Shown here: piece by piece, positions 40,901 through 50,079 of the stretch
Layout: every line of letters begins with the position of its first letter
Position numbering within the stretch: the stretch's first letter is position 1
Source: Thermoplasmatota archaeon
GTDB lineage: Archaea > Thermoplasmatota > Penumbrarchaeia > Penumbrarchaeales > Penumbrarchaeaceae
Direction: 5' to 3'
Assembly (NCBI GenBank): GCA_029762535.1
Contig: JARVGK010000003.1
Coordinates: forward strand, 32,001 to 96,000
Length of the DNA stretch: 64,000 nucleotides
The notes under the pieces: generated by a model
Seen by the model: only the letters and a program-made list of their open reading frames with translations
The model's database searches: none
What the model was told of the DNA's origin: nothing
Translations under genes and position numbers: made by a program

Positions 40901-41133
40901 CAGGGGCACCATCATGTATAGAACCCAGGTCCTATACTATAGAGGTCGGATCAGAGAAGGAGGTGGATGAGCCCTACGACATCCAGGGTTTGATGGTACC
41001 GGTCCTGGTCGGTTTATTCATACTGATCATCGTTCTTGTGGCGATCGCCGTGTTCTTTGTTCAAAGGAAGAGAGCCAGAGAGACCCTCGAGAACATAGAT
41101 TACGACTCCGTCGATATCGACATGGAGGAATGA
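37933..41133 (+). CDS. Paralogous Ig-like (Big_5) surface protein with C-terminal TM
   Basis: PADGSEDV, PLWRxxxxxFxT repeats, terminal TM, ends DIDMEE. Confidence 0.8.
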   Translation: MQSKNIVTMLLVILLIAMAQPATGDRSEGDPTRGTLDAYVAGTVLNATGGHPVSVSSRELSSNMFIYFNGTTDNLGRFNITVDSDPVDLLPYTVSIAEVYFQVPSLGTYNFDTTIGSGQTQHVPEGMLELVDAALGDLKITILNGSSMRPLPHPLLNIRADSVPDPPFPTAKMGDAQGTAVYLGIRAVTTKVIASKSNFLTLEDSTSDDIVEVLPGVQTDVTFVLDERPWPFTTDPADGSEDVNHTQRMTVYYGQEMDPLTIADASNFMVYPAEGGDALELQVESAGGNTQTRITTIAPMEYNTSCILRIDNTVRTKLGAKPLWRAMEVSFTTELAPAVVSGRLVDSSSGSPVPGVSLRLKDMRARSNGSGHFIFPLVVPEVYTLEVEPSYLFLGTSITSLDIVKGEIRDLGDVEIDPRPNGSLEVQVLSGPFPLPGAWVHIEGSDLNLTTSDDGIAYFERTRTGLVTLMVGAEHHAMVVEQATVSEGLRSHLSVALVEDQMLVSVVPTLPLGGGIVEPGTKFVLIMPEPIDFSTLSVSLWETDNELNRVLQMPTLPVSAGEAINTYMVSPTSALPMERSYVLLIDMGLASSGSGDPLLWRDLSYYFSTPDYPLSYVSGKILLDDSPFAGLEVNFGTFVSQTGDDGEFNITVDLSGPTLDGILSFNGSAWGYESLSQSISITPGVVVDAGTIHLAMLPGRCTIDPEDGSNNVEPDIAVSFTFSEPVIVPEEGLSARLFLSRNGSTTPIPGSYEASNGNRTITFSPTFQLEESMVYVATVRNALMLGTGYPACPVGHTSRFTVRMPMVRISLLSPDTSILEELPLDEPIVLSFSMPVNRTMVESSLVIDPDPLLLRYLWRTSTELEIVLFMTPLSEYTLTLPRSDLGMDGQMGMEELSIQFTAGRSYARSHEERSFSILPDTIPEVKPGQEIRLNGLIDGSKGYDVVVKLTGNGMEQEHVAQVGEDGSWDIAFKAPNASGTYTISLTIGVPGAPSCIEPRSYTIEVGSEKEVDEPYDIQGLMVPVLVGLFILIIVLVAIAVFFVQRKRARETLENIDYDSVDIDMEE

Positions 41134-41214
41134 GCCTCCGACCAAAGTTTATAATCCGATTACGGCATAACCCGAATATTCGAAACAGCGGTCTTTGGGC
41201 CAGCCGGTGGACTG

Positions 41215-41847
41215 ATGAAAGGTTATGACAGATATGTCGTCATCTCAGGAACGGTATTCCTTTTCATGATAGTCATCACTTCGTTGATGTTCGGGGCGAA
41301 CGTCGGGGGCGATGGAGGCGATAGACCCGTTGAAAAGGGCTATCTCGAACCATTGGAGCTGAAGAAGGAGACCATCAGTAACGTAGGCCAGCTTGACGAG
41401 GGCATCGAGGACCTCATCACGATAGCCCAGACCGGCAAGGCCATAAGGAACGTTTCGGCCGTCCTCACATGGGTGGACGAATCGGACAGGCCCGGGATGC
41501 CAAGGCTTCGCCGCTACGAGAACCAGCCGGACACCTTCGAGTTGAGAACACAGCCTCCAGTGGGCAACGGAAGCAGCCAGACAGCTCAGAACCCCGTCAA
41601 CTCGGAGGGCAGGATAGAGCTCTCCCATTCGCATACTCTGGACGAGCTCTACACGATGATCGATGAGGCGAGATCGTCGCAGAACTCGACCCTACCCGAC
41701 TGGGAACTGGCCGTCAAGCTCGTGAGTGCCGGAAATTGGGTTCCGGTACTCCCTCCCAAGTTCATAGGTTACATCGACGATTCGAACTCCTACATACTCG
41801 AGGTCACGATCGAGTATTATGATATTTCTGGTCTTATGGAGGGATGA
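41215..41847 (+). CDS. N-terminally anchored secreted beta-rich protein
   Basis: Hydrophobic N-terminus; AVLTWVDE...DTFEL. Confidence 0.55.
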   Translation: MKGYDRYVVISGTVFLFMIVITSLMFGANVGGDGGDRPVEKGYLEPLELKKETISNVGQLDEGIEDLITIAQTGKAIRNVSAVLTWVDESDRPGMPRLRRYENQPDTFELRTQPPVGNGSSQTAQNPVNSEGRIELSHSHTLDELYTMIDEARSSQNSTLPDWELAVKLVSAGNWVPVLPPKFIGYIDDSNSYILEVTIEYYDISGLMEG

Positions 41848-41862
41848 GGGGGTTATTTTCCG

Positions 41863-43884
41863 ATGGCTGACCATTACGAACCTTATATTTCACCGGACGT
41901 GGATATCAGCGAGTTCTCCATCAAGGCGATCGTCGTCGGTATCATCATCACCATCGTGATGGGCGCGGCCAACGCCTACCTGGGACTATTCGTGGGAATG
42001 ACCGTATCGGCGACCATCCCCTCTCTGGTCTTCGCACTGGCCATCCTCAAGGTGTTCAAAGGGAATATCCTCGAGATAAACATGTCCAAGAACATTGGTG
42101 TGGCCGGTGAAGCTCTTGCGGCAGGCATCATATTCACCTTTCCCGCATTGATAGTGATCCATTCCATAACCGGTGGCAGTGCCGGCTGGGAGGATATGCT
42201 CCAGATCAGGAACCTCCTGATCATGCTCGTCATATCCACCGTGGGCGGACTGTTCGGGATACTGTTCACCATACCCTTGAGGAAGGTCTTCATACAGGAC
42301 CTCGACCTGCCCTATCCCGAGGGCGTCGCCGCGGCCGAGGTGCTCAAGGTCATGGAGAAGGGCGGCAGGGGCATTTACCAGATCGGAATAGCTGCGGGTA
42401 TTGGAGGTGCCATGAAGTTCGCCGCGGAATCCGGCCTCTCGCTCTGGAAGGAGAGGCTCGAAGCGGTGGTCGGGGGCGAGAGGATACGATTGTTCGGCGG
42501 TTTCAACATCTCGCCCGCCCTGCTAGGCGTTGGATACATCATCGGTTTCAGGATATCGCTCATAGTCTTCGCCGGAGGCATAGTAGGTTGGGTCTTTGCC
42601 ATACCTTTGATCGGTCTTTTCAAGGGCTGGCCGACCGTCGATTTCCAGGGAAATCCGGTCGATGCGATAGGATCGATCTATGCGGTATGGTTCAACGAGA
42701 CCAAATGGATCGGCATAGGAGCGGTCCTGACGGGCGGGATCTACACGCTGTTCTCCCTCAGAAAGACCATAGTCCAATCCGTCAAGGGCATGTTCGCCAA
42801 GAAGAGGGCCTCCTCGGAACCAGCCCCGCTGCGGACGGAGAGGGATTTCCACGTCAACCTCGTATACATCATCATCCTTGCGGTCATCGTTGCGATCATC
42901 TATTTCTTCGTCACGGGAGAGATATTCACCGCGATATTGCTGGCACTGGTGATGATAGCCGCTACGTTCTTCTTCACGGCCGTTGCGGGGTATCTGGCAG
43001 GCATAGTGGGCTCCTCCAATAATCCCATCTCGTCCGTGACGATATCCACGCTCGTCGTCACGGCCCTCCTTTTACTTCTTCTCGGGGGCATAGGAGTGTC
43101 GAACATGGGCATGGACCTGGGAATGACCGCGACTATACTCGTCGCCGCCATAGTCTGCTGCTCCGCGGCCATTGCGGGAGATTCTATGCAGGAGCTCAAG
43201 ACCGCCCAGATCCTCGGGGCCACCCCGGTCAGGATACAGTGGGGGCGATTCATCGGCGTGATCGTTGGCGCATTGACCATCCCGGTCATCGTCGCACTGC
43301 TCGCACAGGCGTACGGGATCGGCTCCCCCGCCCTGCCCTCACCGCAGGCGGTCATTATGGGCTCTACCGTCCACGCGATATTCAACTTGAAGTTCAACGT
43401 TTTGATGTTCGGAATAGGTGTGGCCATCGCCGCGGGGTTGATATTCTTCAAGCTGCCCGTTATGGCCGTTGCCATCGGGATATACCTCCCATTCACCCTT
43501 ACTACCCCGATCTTCTTCGGCGGTATACTCGCCTGGATCACGAACAGGTTCGTGGCCGTGAAGGAGCGGCTTTTCAGCAACCTCTCCGGAACCGAGCTGG
43601 AGGCCAGGACCAAGGCCTCACAGGAGGTTACCTACAACCGAGGTCTCCTCTTCGCCGCGGGGCTCGTCGCGGGCGAAGCGATCATGGGGGTGGTCGTGGC
43701 CGGCATCATAATATTCCTGGGGCCGGGTGCTATCACCATATTCAACGATCCCAGCTGGATCCCCGGATTGCTGGCGCTCATCTATCTGCTCTTCCTGATA
43801 ATATACATGGTCCTGAGGGACGACATCAAGGACATGAGCAGGCGCGAGATCGGGTCGGTCTTCGGAAGGTTCTTCGGCAAGTGA
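41863..43884 (+). CDS. OPT family oligopeptide transporter
   Basis: AANAYLGLFVG, LPYPEGVAAAEVL, GSSNNPIS, MQELKT, LPSPQA. Confidence 0.95.
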   Translation: MADHYEPYISPDVDISEFSIKAIVVGIIITIVMGAANAYLGLFVGMTVSATIPSLVFALAILKVFKGNILEINMSKNIGVAGEALAAGIIFTFPALIVIHSITGGSAGWEDMLQIRNLLIMLVISTVGGLFGILFTIPLRKVFIQDLDLPYPEGVAAAEVLKVMEKGGRGIYQIGIAAGIGGAMKFAAESGLSLWKERLEAVVGGERIRLFGGFNISPALLGVGYIIGFRISLIVFAGGIVGWVFAIPLIGLFKGWPTVDFQGNPVDAIGSIYAVWFNETKWIGIGAVLTGGIYTLFSLRKTIVQSVKGMFAKKRASSEPAPLRTERDFHVNLVYIIILAVIVAIIYFFVTGEIFTAILLALVMIAATFFFTAVAGYLAGIVGSSNNPISSVTISTLVVTALLLLLLGGIGVSNMGMDLGMTATILVAAIVCCSAAIAGDSMQELKTAQILGATPVRIQWGRFIGVIVGALTIPVIVALLAQAYGIGSPALPSPQAVIMGSTVHAIFNLKFNVLMFGIGVAIAAGLIFFKLPVMAVAIGIYLPFTLTTPIFFGGILAWITNRFVAVKERLFSNLSGTELEARTKASQEVTYNRGLLFAAGLVAGEAIMGVVVAGIIIFLGPGAITIFNDPSWIPGLLALIYLLFLIIYMVLRDDIKDMSRREIGSVFGRFFGK

Positions 43885-43890
43885 TGTGCC

Positions 43891-44403
43891 ATGGACGATA
43901 GTGGACCGGACGAGGATCCGAAAAAGGGCAAAGGCCGGCCGTCGAAATGGTGGAGGGAAGGCGACCGCAAGCTCGTTCAGCACAGGATCGAAGAAGTGAC
44001 CTCCTCGATGGGTTTTAAAAAGGTGGACCTGGACGATTCCGACAGGGAGGCCCTTGTTCAGGAGGCCAGAAAAAGGGATCCCCGACTGAGGAACATGCTC
44101 GATGTCGTATTCGAGAGGGCGGATCGAGTCAGCAGGGAAGGTGAATACCTAACCATTCCCATTTACAGGTCCAAGATGGGAGAGAGCATCGCCAGGGCGC
44201 TCAGGATCCGGACCAGGAGGCGTATAAGGCTCGACGGATACGGCTGGGCAGTTTGGGAACTCCTTGACGGCCGCAGGACGCTGGAGCGGGTCGGGGAGGA
44301 ATTGAAGAAGCGCTTCGGGGACGAGATCGAGCCCATCTATCCCCGGCTCGCGAGGTTCATGACATATCTCGTCAACCTCGGATTGGCAAGGGAGAGGGCG
44401 TGA
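43891..44403 (+). CDS. PqqD-family (RRE-like) protein
   Basis: IRLDGYGWAVWELLDGRRTL...FGDEIEPIYPRL. Confidence 0.8.
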   Translation: MDDSGPDEDPKKGKGRPSKWWREGDRKLVQHRIEEVTSSMGFKKVDLDDSDREALVQEARKRDPRLRNMLDVVFERADRVSREGEYLTIPIYRSKMGESIARALRIRTRRRIRLDGYGWAVWELLDGRRTLERVGEELKKRFGDEIEPIYPRLARFMTYLVNLGLARERA

Positions 44404-47400
44404 TCATTTTCTCTTTACTCTCTTCCTGGTCCTGACAGTGGCCCTTTCCGATCCATCGTCATCTGGGGGTGTTTCTGCGGACATGTCCTCTTCAGAGGTC
44501 TCGACCTCGGGGCCTACCTCATCGTCCTCAAGGACCTCATCCTCGAGATCTTCCTCATCTTCATATCCCTCCTCCTCTGCTCCCTCCTCTTCGTCCTCGG
44601 GCTCCCCTTCGTCCTCCAGGTATTCCTCATCTTCCAGGTCCTCATCGGCTTCCTCATCCGCGTCCCCGTAAGCCTCCTCATCGAGATAGTCATAGCTGTA
44701 AGGATCGAACTCCTCCTCATCGGTTCCGAGATCGTCGTCCCTGGGCTGTTTGATGTATATGTATACGCCGATGGCGATGATGATGATCGCGAAGATTGCA
44801 AGGGCCGCGTACATCACCTCCCTCGGTATCCCATCGGATCCTACGATGGTCCTCTCGGTCCGGAAGGTCCATGTATTGTTGGTGTAGCCCTGAGGGAAAC
44901 CGGCCCCTTCTATGGACCTGGCCTCGGTCCCGATCCTCACGGTGTATGATACGCGGTTGCCGAGCCCGTCGTGCAGGATCTCGAGGCTCTGATTGTTATT
45001 GGTCCATACGTATCTCGCACCTTTGAGGGGGGGGTCGATCGTAGTGTATGATTCGATGGTAAGGGTGTCCATGGGCTGGTTGAACATGATCCTTATGGAG
45101 GTATCGAGGTCCCTGACCGTACCTACCGGGGTCCTCCAGAGCACCAGGAGCTCCCTGGGCGGCGGAGTGAAATCCAGATAGTCCAGCCTGATCTCGAACC
45201 TGCCCCAGTATGGTTCCTGGGAACTTACCTCGAACGTATTGGTCATCTTCTGCAGATATCCCGCTCTCTTCCCGGGGATCGCCGAGACGGATTCCGGAGG
45301 GGTGACCTTGAACCTGCCAATGAAGGGGAGCGTCCTGATGCTGAACGTCGCCTCTCCCAGGTTGTTCGTGGTCCTGTTCTCGAGGACGACATCATCCATC
45401 GAAAGCAGTTCTATCAATGCGTTGAAGACCGCCCCGCTCCTCGGACCCTCTCCGAATGCGACGAAAACATCTATCGAACCGGTCTCCGGTCTGAGATAAT
45501 ATGTCAGAAAGAGTTCAGTGAAAAGATCGGGGTTCGGACCTGATGCGGATATGAACGTGCTGGTGTTCGAGAGATAGCCTGAGCGAACGCCGATCTCTCC
45601 TCTCAACGCGGCCTCCGGAGCTCCTTCCAACCTGTATTCCCCTCCCATCTCAAGGGAGGAGAATCCAACAACTCCGTCCTCCTGGGCTTGGGCGCTCTCG
45701 ATCAGAGTGCCGTTGAAGGACAGGAGACGTACTATGGAGCCCTGCGCCCCCTGGCCTGAGAGCGGCCCTCCCTCGTAAAGGACCGTCACTTCAAGTGAAT
45801 AGAGCATGCGTTCGGTCGTTCCCTGGAATACGGGAGTGTAAGGGGAATAGTTGTATGATGTATCGAAGGCCAGCATCCTGAAGCCATAAAGCGTCCCGGG
45901 GACAAGACCTCCTAGGGTGTACGACGTTTCTCCGGGACCGAGCGTCACAAGCGTTTCGAACTGCGTCATGGAGGGGGTAGAATTCATCTCGATGATGAAA
46001 CCTTCAAGATCGGTCTCGGAGCCGGGGTCCCAGGATATGGTGAGATGATCGACGCCCTTGTCGGAGATGATCGCGGAGGTTGGCGTGGCGGGCGGGGTCA
46101 GGTCCGACGTGATGTTGGTCGCTGGCTGGGAAGGAGCCCCTTCCCAAACTCCGTCAAAGGCTGACACTCTGAATATTCCCCGCGTGGAAGGGCCTATCTC
46201 AGGGGATATCCAGGATGTTGATGGATGGTCGACCTCCCCCGAGAGTATCCATTCTCCCGAGGAGAATGAGTATATCCTGTAGGCGATCGTGTCGTCGTCG
46301 TTGGGGTCCCATTTTAGCTTTATGCTCTCGAGCGTATCCAATGAGTCCGCCGTCAGGTTCAGGACGGATTGTGGAAGGTCTATGTCAGGTACAACAAGTT
46401 CGACCGACATCGGAGCCGATGTGTCGATATCGTAGACATGATCCCATATCATCGCCGTTCCCGGAACGTGAACGGTCGCGTTGGTCCTAACGTTCATAGG
46501 CGCGTTGGATCCGGGATAGATCATTTTCAAGGCCACGAATGGTGCTATTCCGCCATCCGGTCCCGTGACCGGGTCGCTCCCCCCGAAGTAAGGGGTCGAG
46601 TGGAGGCCGCCTGTCCTTTCGTTCACTACGTGGAGCTCCACTCCTTCCATGGGCTGCACGTCCTTGTACAGGACGCGAACTCCGATCGTGTTGCTTATCA
46701 TTACGTTCGACATGGGGTCGACATCGAACGAGGACACGGTAGTGTCCAGGACCTCGACCTCAGCTCCTTCGTATGCGGATAGGGCCGTCCCGCTGGCGAC
46801 TATATCCGATCCCACAACGGCATGGTCCCCCTCCCTGAATATCACGCTCCTTTGTGCGTCCACCTTGCTGTTGTTCATGAGCAGTCGGGCGCTATTCGAT
46901 TCCAGGCCGATGCCGGCGCTCTTGACGATGACGTGGTCCAGGACGATATCGTTTCCGGAGAGGTCGAGGGCGGCCATGGTGGTATTGGACCAGATGATGA
47001 CGTCCTTCATCATCATGCTGGTCGTATCGTGCCCCGTTACTATCGAATGGCCTGTGCCCGGATCGGAATGGATCATGGTGGTCAGGATGCGTAGATTGGT
47101 AGTATGCGGAGGCACTGGGCCTGCCCTTATCCCTGTCGATCCCTCTCCGATGAGGTCGATGGAACAGCCATCGATCACCCCTCTCCTTACGTCCCCGAGA
47201 ACGTCTATCCCCGTACCGGGGCCGTTCAGATATATCTGGGAGTATACCACCTCGTTATTACTTCCGCCCAGATGGAGTAGCCAACCGTCGTTGAACGATG
47301 TGAGGGTGGAGTCGATAAGGACGTTGTCCGTTCCCGAGAGGATCGATCCGCTCGAAGCTTCGCCCCAGACTATGAAGGTCGAATCTCGGATCTCCGTCTG

Positions 47401-48735
47401 GTCCGCTCCAACCCGGACCCCGAAGGAGTTGTCCGCCCTTATGGAATAGCTGTTCGAAGAAAGGAGCGCCCCCCTGCCCGGACCGAGAACGATGCCGTTG
47501 GTCATCATACCGCTGGTCATGATGATGTCATTGATCAGGGTGAGGTTCCTGTGGTCGGAGAAGGCCGCTATGATCGATCCATTCCCCCCTTGGTAGAAGT
47601 TCGATCCCGATATGGACATATCAACGCATCCCAGTAGGAACGACCCGTTCACAAGGCCCCCGGAGAGGGATATGCCCGTTTGATTATCCCCCTTCGAGGA
47701 ATAGGACAGGTCCATGATCGAGCATCCTATGAGATGGGTGCCATTGAGGAAGGACGAACCGTTCCCGAGCATGTTCACAGATGTATTGCTCAGCATGACA
47801 TCCCTCACGTTGAACACCTCGATACCTCTGGCTCCCGAGTCCAGGAAAAGGGCCGTCCCGTTCATTGTGACGTTATCACACGATGAAAGTTCGATGCCGT
47901 GTGTGTTCTTACCGGTCATGGTGAGGAAGCAGCCCTCTATCTCTATCCCGGAACCGGAGAGGTGCATCGCCGTTCCGACCATCTCGATGATCATGGCATT
48001 GAGCTCGAGGTCTGTACCCTGGAAGTGGATCCCAGATGCTCTCCCGGTCGATGTGATGCTGGAGTTATGGAAGTGGATGGAATCTCCCGAGATGATGAAC
48101 CCCTTTGAACCGGACCCGAGTCCTATGTCCATGTCCCTGAAGGTGATGTTCGAGACATTGATGGCATGGCATATCGTGGATCCCGATCCGTCACTTGCCA
48201 TTTTCCCCAATATGATGTTCGATGAATTGGCTATGTTCACGCAGATGTCCGGCGATCCCGAGAAGGATGCTCCGTCGATCTCGATGGACTTCGACGACTC
48301 TATGTTCAGAGCGATGCCGGTCGTTGACCTGAAGCCGATCCCCGTCAGATCGATGTCGTTCGAGGAGATGTTGAGAGACCGACCGACGAAGGTCATGCCG
48401 GCCAATGTTACGAAGGGAGCGGTCACACTGCTGTTCTTGCCATACGGGCCTGAGATAAGTACCGATGCCGTATCATTACCCCTGAGCGTTACGGAACGGG
48501 TCCCGACACTGATCGATTCGTTGTAATTGCCGGATGCGATGACTATTACATCGCCCTCGACGGCATCGCCCAGGGCTGCCCCTATGGTGGAATAGGTGGA
48601 TCCCGTCCCGACGTAAAGTACGAGTCCGGATGCCCCGCGTGGGGTTATCAGCAGGATCCCCGATGTGAATAACAATAATACCATGGCCGTTGCGATGAGC
48701 TTACCTTTGCGTTCCCCGGCGTGTACTTCGATCAT
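44404..48735 (-). CDS. Large surface protein: beta-helix, FN3 domains, Big_5, TM, acidic cytoplasmic tail
   Basis: YSTIGAAL..GDVIVIASGNY beta-helix start; LTISWDP..LVPGTLYGFR FN3; IMFNQPMD. Confidence 0.8.
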   Translation of the reverse strand: MIEVHAGERKGKLIATAMVLLLFTSGILLITPRGASGLVLYVGTGSTYSTIGAALGDAVEGDVIVIASGNYNESISVGTRSVTLRGNDTASVLISGPYGKNSSVTAPFVTLAGMTFVGRSLNISSNDIDLTGIGFRSTTGIALNIESSKSIEIDGASFSGSPDICVNIANSSNIILGKMASDGSGSTICHAINVSNITFRDMDIGLGSGSKGFIISGDSIHFHNSSITSTGRASGIHFQGTDLELNAMIIEMVGTAMHLSGSGIEIEGCFLTMTGKNTHGIELSSCDNVTMNGTALFLDSGARGIEVFNVRDVMLSNTSVNMLGNGSSFLNGTHLIGCSIMDLSYSSKGDNQTGISLSGGLVNGSFLLGCVDMSISGSNFYQGGNGSIIAAFSDHRNLTLINDIIMTSGMMTNGIVLGPGRGALLSSNSYSIRADNSFGVRVGADQTEIRDSTFIVWGEASSGSILSGTDNVLIDSTLTSFNDGWLLHLGGSNNEVVYSQIYLNGPGTGIDVLGDVRRGVIDGCSIDLIGEGSTGIRAGPVPPHTTNLRILTTMIHSDPGTGHSIVTGHDTTSMMMKDVIIWSNTTMAALDLSGNDIVLDHVIVKSAGIGLESNSARLLMNNSKVDAQRSVIFREGDHAVVGSDIVASGTALSAYEGAEVEVLDTTVSSFDVDPMSNVMISNTIGVRVLYKDVQPMEGVELHVVNERTGGLHSTPYFGGSDPVTGPDGGIAPFVALKMIYPGSNAPMNVRTNATVHVPGTAMIWDHVYDIDTSAPMSVELVVPDIDLPQSVLNLTADSLDTLESIKLKWDPNDDDTIAYRIYSFSSGEWILSGEVDHPSTSWISPEIGPSTRGIFRVSAFDGVWEGAPSQPATNITSDLTPPATPTSAIISDKGVDHLTISWDPGSETDLEGFIIEMNSTPSMTQFETLVTLGPGETSYTLGGLVPGTLYGFRMLAFDTSYNYSPYTPVFQGTTERMLYSLEVTVLYEGGPLSGQGAQGSIVRLLSFNGTLIESAQAQEDGVVGFSSLEMGGEYRLEGAPEAALRGEIGVRSGYLSNTSTFISASGPNPDLFTELFLTYYLRPETGSIDVFVAFGEGPRSGAVFNALIELLSMDDVVLENRTTNNLGEATFSIRTLPFIGRFKVTPPESVSAIPGKRAGYLQKMTNTFEVSSQEPYWGRFEIRLDYLDFTPPPRELLVLWRTPVGTVRDLDTSIRIMFNQPMDTLTIESYTTIDPPLKGARYVWTNNNQSLEILHDGLGNRVSYTVRIGTEARSIEGAGFPQGYTNNTWTFRTERTIVGSDGIPREVMYAALAIFAIIIIAIGVYIYIKQPRDDDLGTDEEEFDPYSYDYLDEEAYGDADEEADEDLEDEEYLEDEGEPEDEEEGAEEEGYEDEEDLEDEVLEDDEVGPEVETSEEDMSAETPPDDDGSERATVRTRKRVKRK

Positions 48736-48843
48736 ATCCTTCGCCCTCCCCGGCGCTATCGCCTATCCATATGCAACAACGCCATCAATTAATTTTCCTG
48801 ACATATGTAAAAGATTTAAAAGGGGGACGCTTTCATCCTGCTC

Positions 48844-50076
48844 ATGCATCCGACGGATGAGTTGAGGGGCGCAGCATCGACCCTCCTCGAAGGTAGAACG
48901 ATCGTCCTTGGCGTAACTGGGTCCATCGCTGCGGTCGAGTGCGTCAAACTCGCCAGGATGCTAATCCGTCACGGCGCTGCAGTTCATGCTGTCATGACGG
49001 CGGAGGCCAGGAAGATAGTGGGGGAGTACGCCCTCGGCTTCGCAACGGCGAACCAAGTCATCACCGAGCTGACCGGAGACCTCGAGCATGTGGCTATGTG
49101 CGGGGACGTTGAAGGGCGGGCGGACCTTCTCCTGATCGCCCCCTGCACCGCCAACACCCTCGGGAAGATCGTCAACGCTATCGACGATACCCCCGTCACG
49201 ACGTTCGCCACCACGGCGATAGGGACAGGGATCCCGTTGATCGTCGTTCCCGCCATGCACAATACCATGTACGCCCACGAGGGTGTGGCCTCCAACATCA
49301 AGAAGGCCAGGTCCATGGGCATAGAGGTTGTGGACCCGGTGCTCTCCGAGAAGAAGGCCAAAATGGCCCCGGTGGACACCATAGTCGAGATCGCGATAAG
49401 AAAGCTCTCCGGAGGGGGCCTTCAAGGTCGAAAGGTTTTGATCGTCGCCGGGGCCAACCGGGAGGAGGTGGACGATATGAGGCTCCTTACCAACAGGGCG
49501 ACTGGAAGGACCGGGATCCATCTGGCCATGGAGGCTTTCAGAAGAGGGGCGGACGTGACCCTCCTTGCCGGAGTATCGGTCCACGGGATCCCGCCTCACT
49601 TCAGGACGGTTCGCTTCGGAGGGGTCATGGACCTCTGGGAGAAAGTGGAGGAGGAATTGTCTTCCTGCGACCAGTTCGATATCGCCCTCTTCCCGGCGGG
49701 GATCTCAGACTACATACCTTCCAGGTTAGATGGGAAGGTCCCCTCGGGACGGGAGGAGATGACTCTCGAGCTCAAACCCGCCATAAGGATCATGGATCGC
49801 TTCGTGAAGAGGGGCGGTAGCCGCCTTATCGTGGGTTTCAAGGCCGAGAGCGTATCGGGTGAGGAGCTCCTGAGAAGGGCCTACAGGAGGCTTAAGGAGG
49901 TCGGGATGGACCTGATCGTGGCGAACGACCTTTCTCAGGTGAAGGAGGATTCCAATCACGTTATGATAATATCGAACGACAGGGAGGTCCTCGACATCGA
50001 GGGATCGAAGGCTGACATCGCTTCCGTGCTCATGGCGAGATGCCAGGAGATGCTCGTCGGGATAAAGGAGAGTTGA
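48844..50076 (+). CDS. coaBC: Bifunctional phosphopantothenoylcysteine decarboxylase/ligase
   Basis: GVTGSIAA, APCTANT, PAMH, TNRATGRTG, VGFKAE, IVANDL. Confidence 0.95.
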   Translation: MHPTDELRGAASTLLEGRTIVLGVTGSIAAVECVKLARMLIRHGAAVHAVMTAEARKIVGEYALGFATANQVITELTGDLEHVAMCGDVEGRADLLLIAPCTANTLGKIVNAIDDTPVTTFATTAIGTGIPLIVVPAMHNTMYAHEGVASNIKKARSMGIEVVDPVLSEKKAKMAPVDTIVEIAIRKLSGGGLQGRKVLIVAGANREEVDDMRLLTNRATGRTGIHLAMEAFRRGADVTLLAGVSVHGIPPHFRTVRFGGVMDLWEKVEEELSSCDQFDIALFPAGISDYIPSRLDGKVPSGREEMTLELKPAIRIMDRFVKRGGSRLIVGFKAESVSGEELLRRAYRRLKEVGMDLIVANDLSQVKEDSNHVMIISNDREVLDIEGSKADIASVLMARCQEMLVGIKES

Positions 50077-50079
50077 ACC

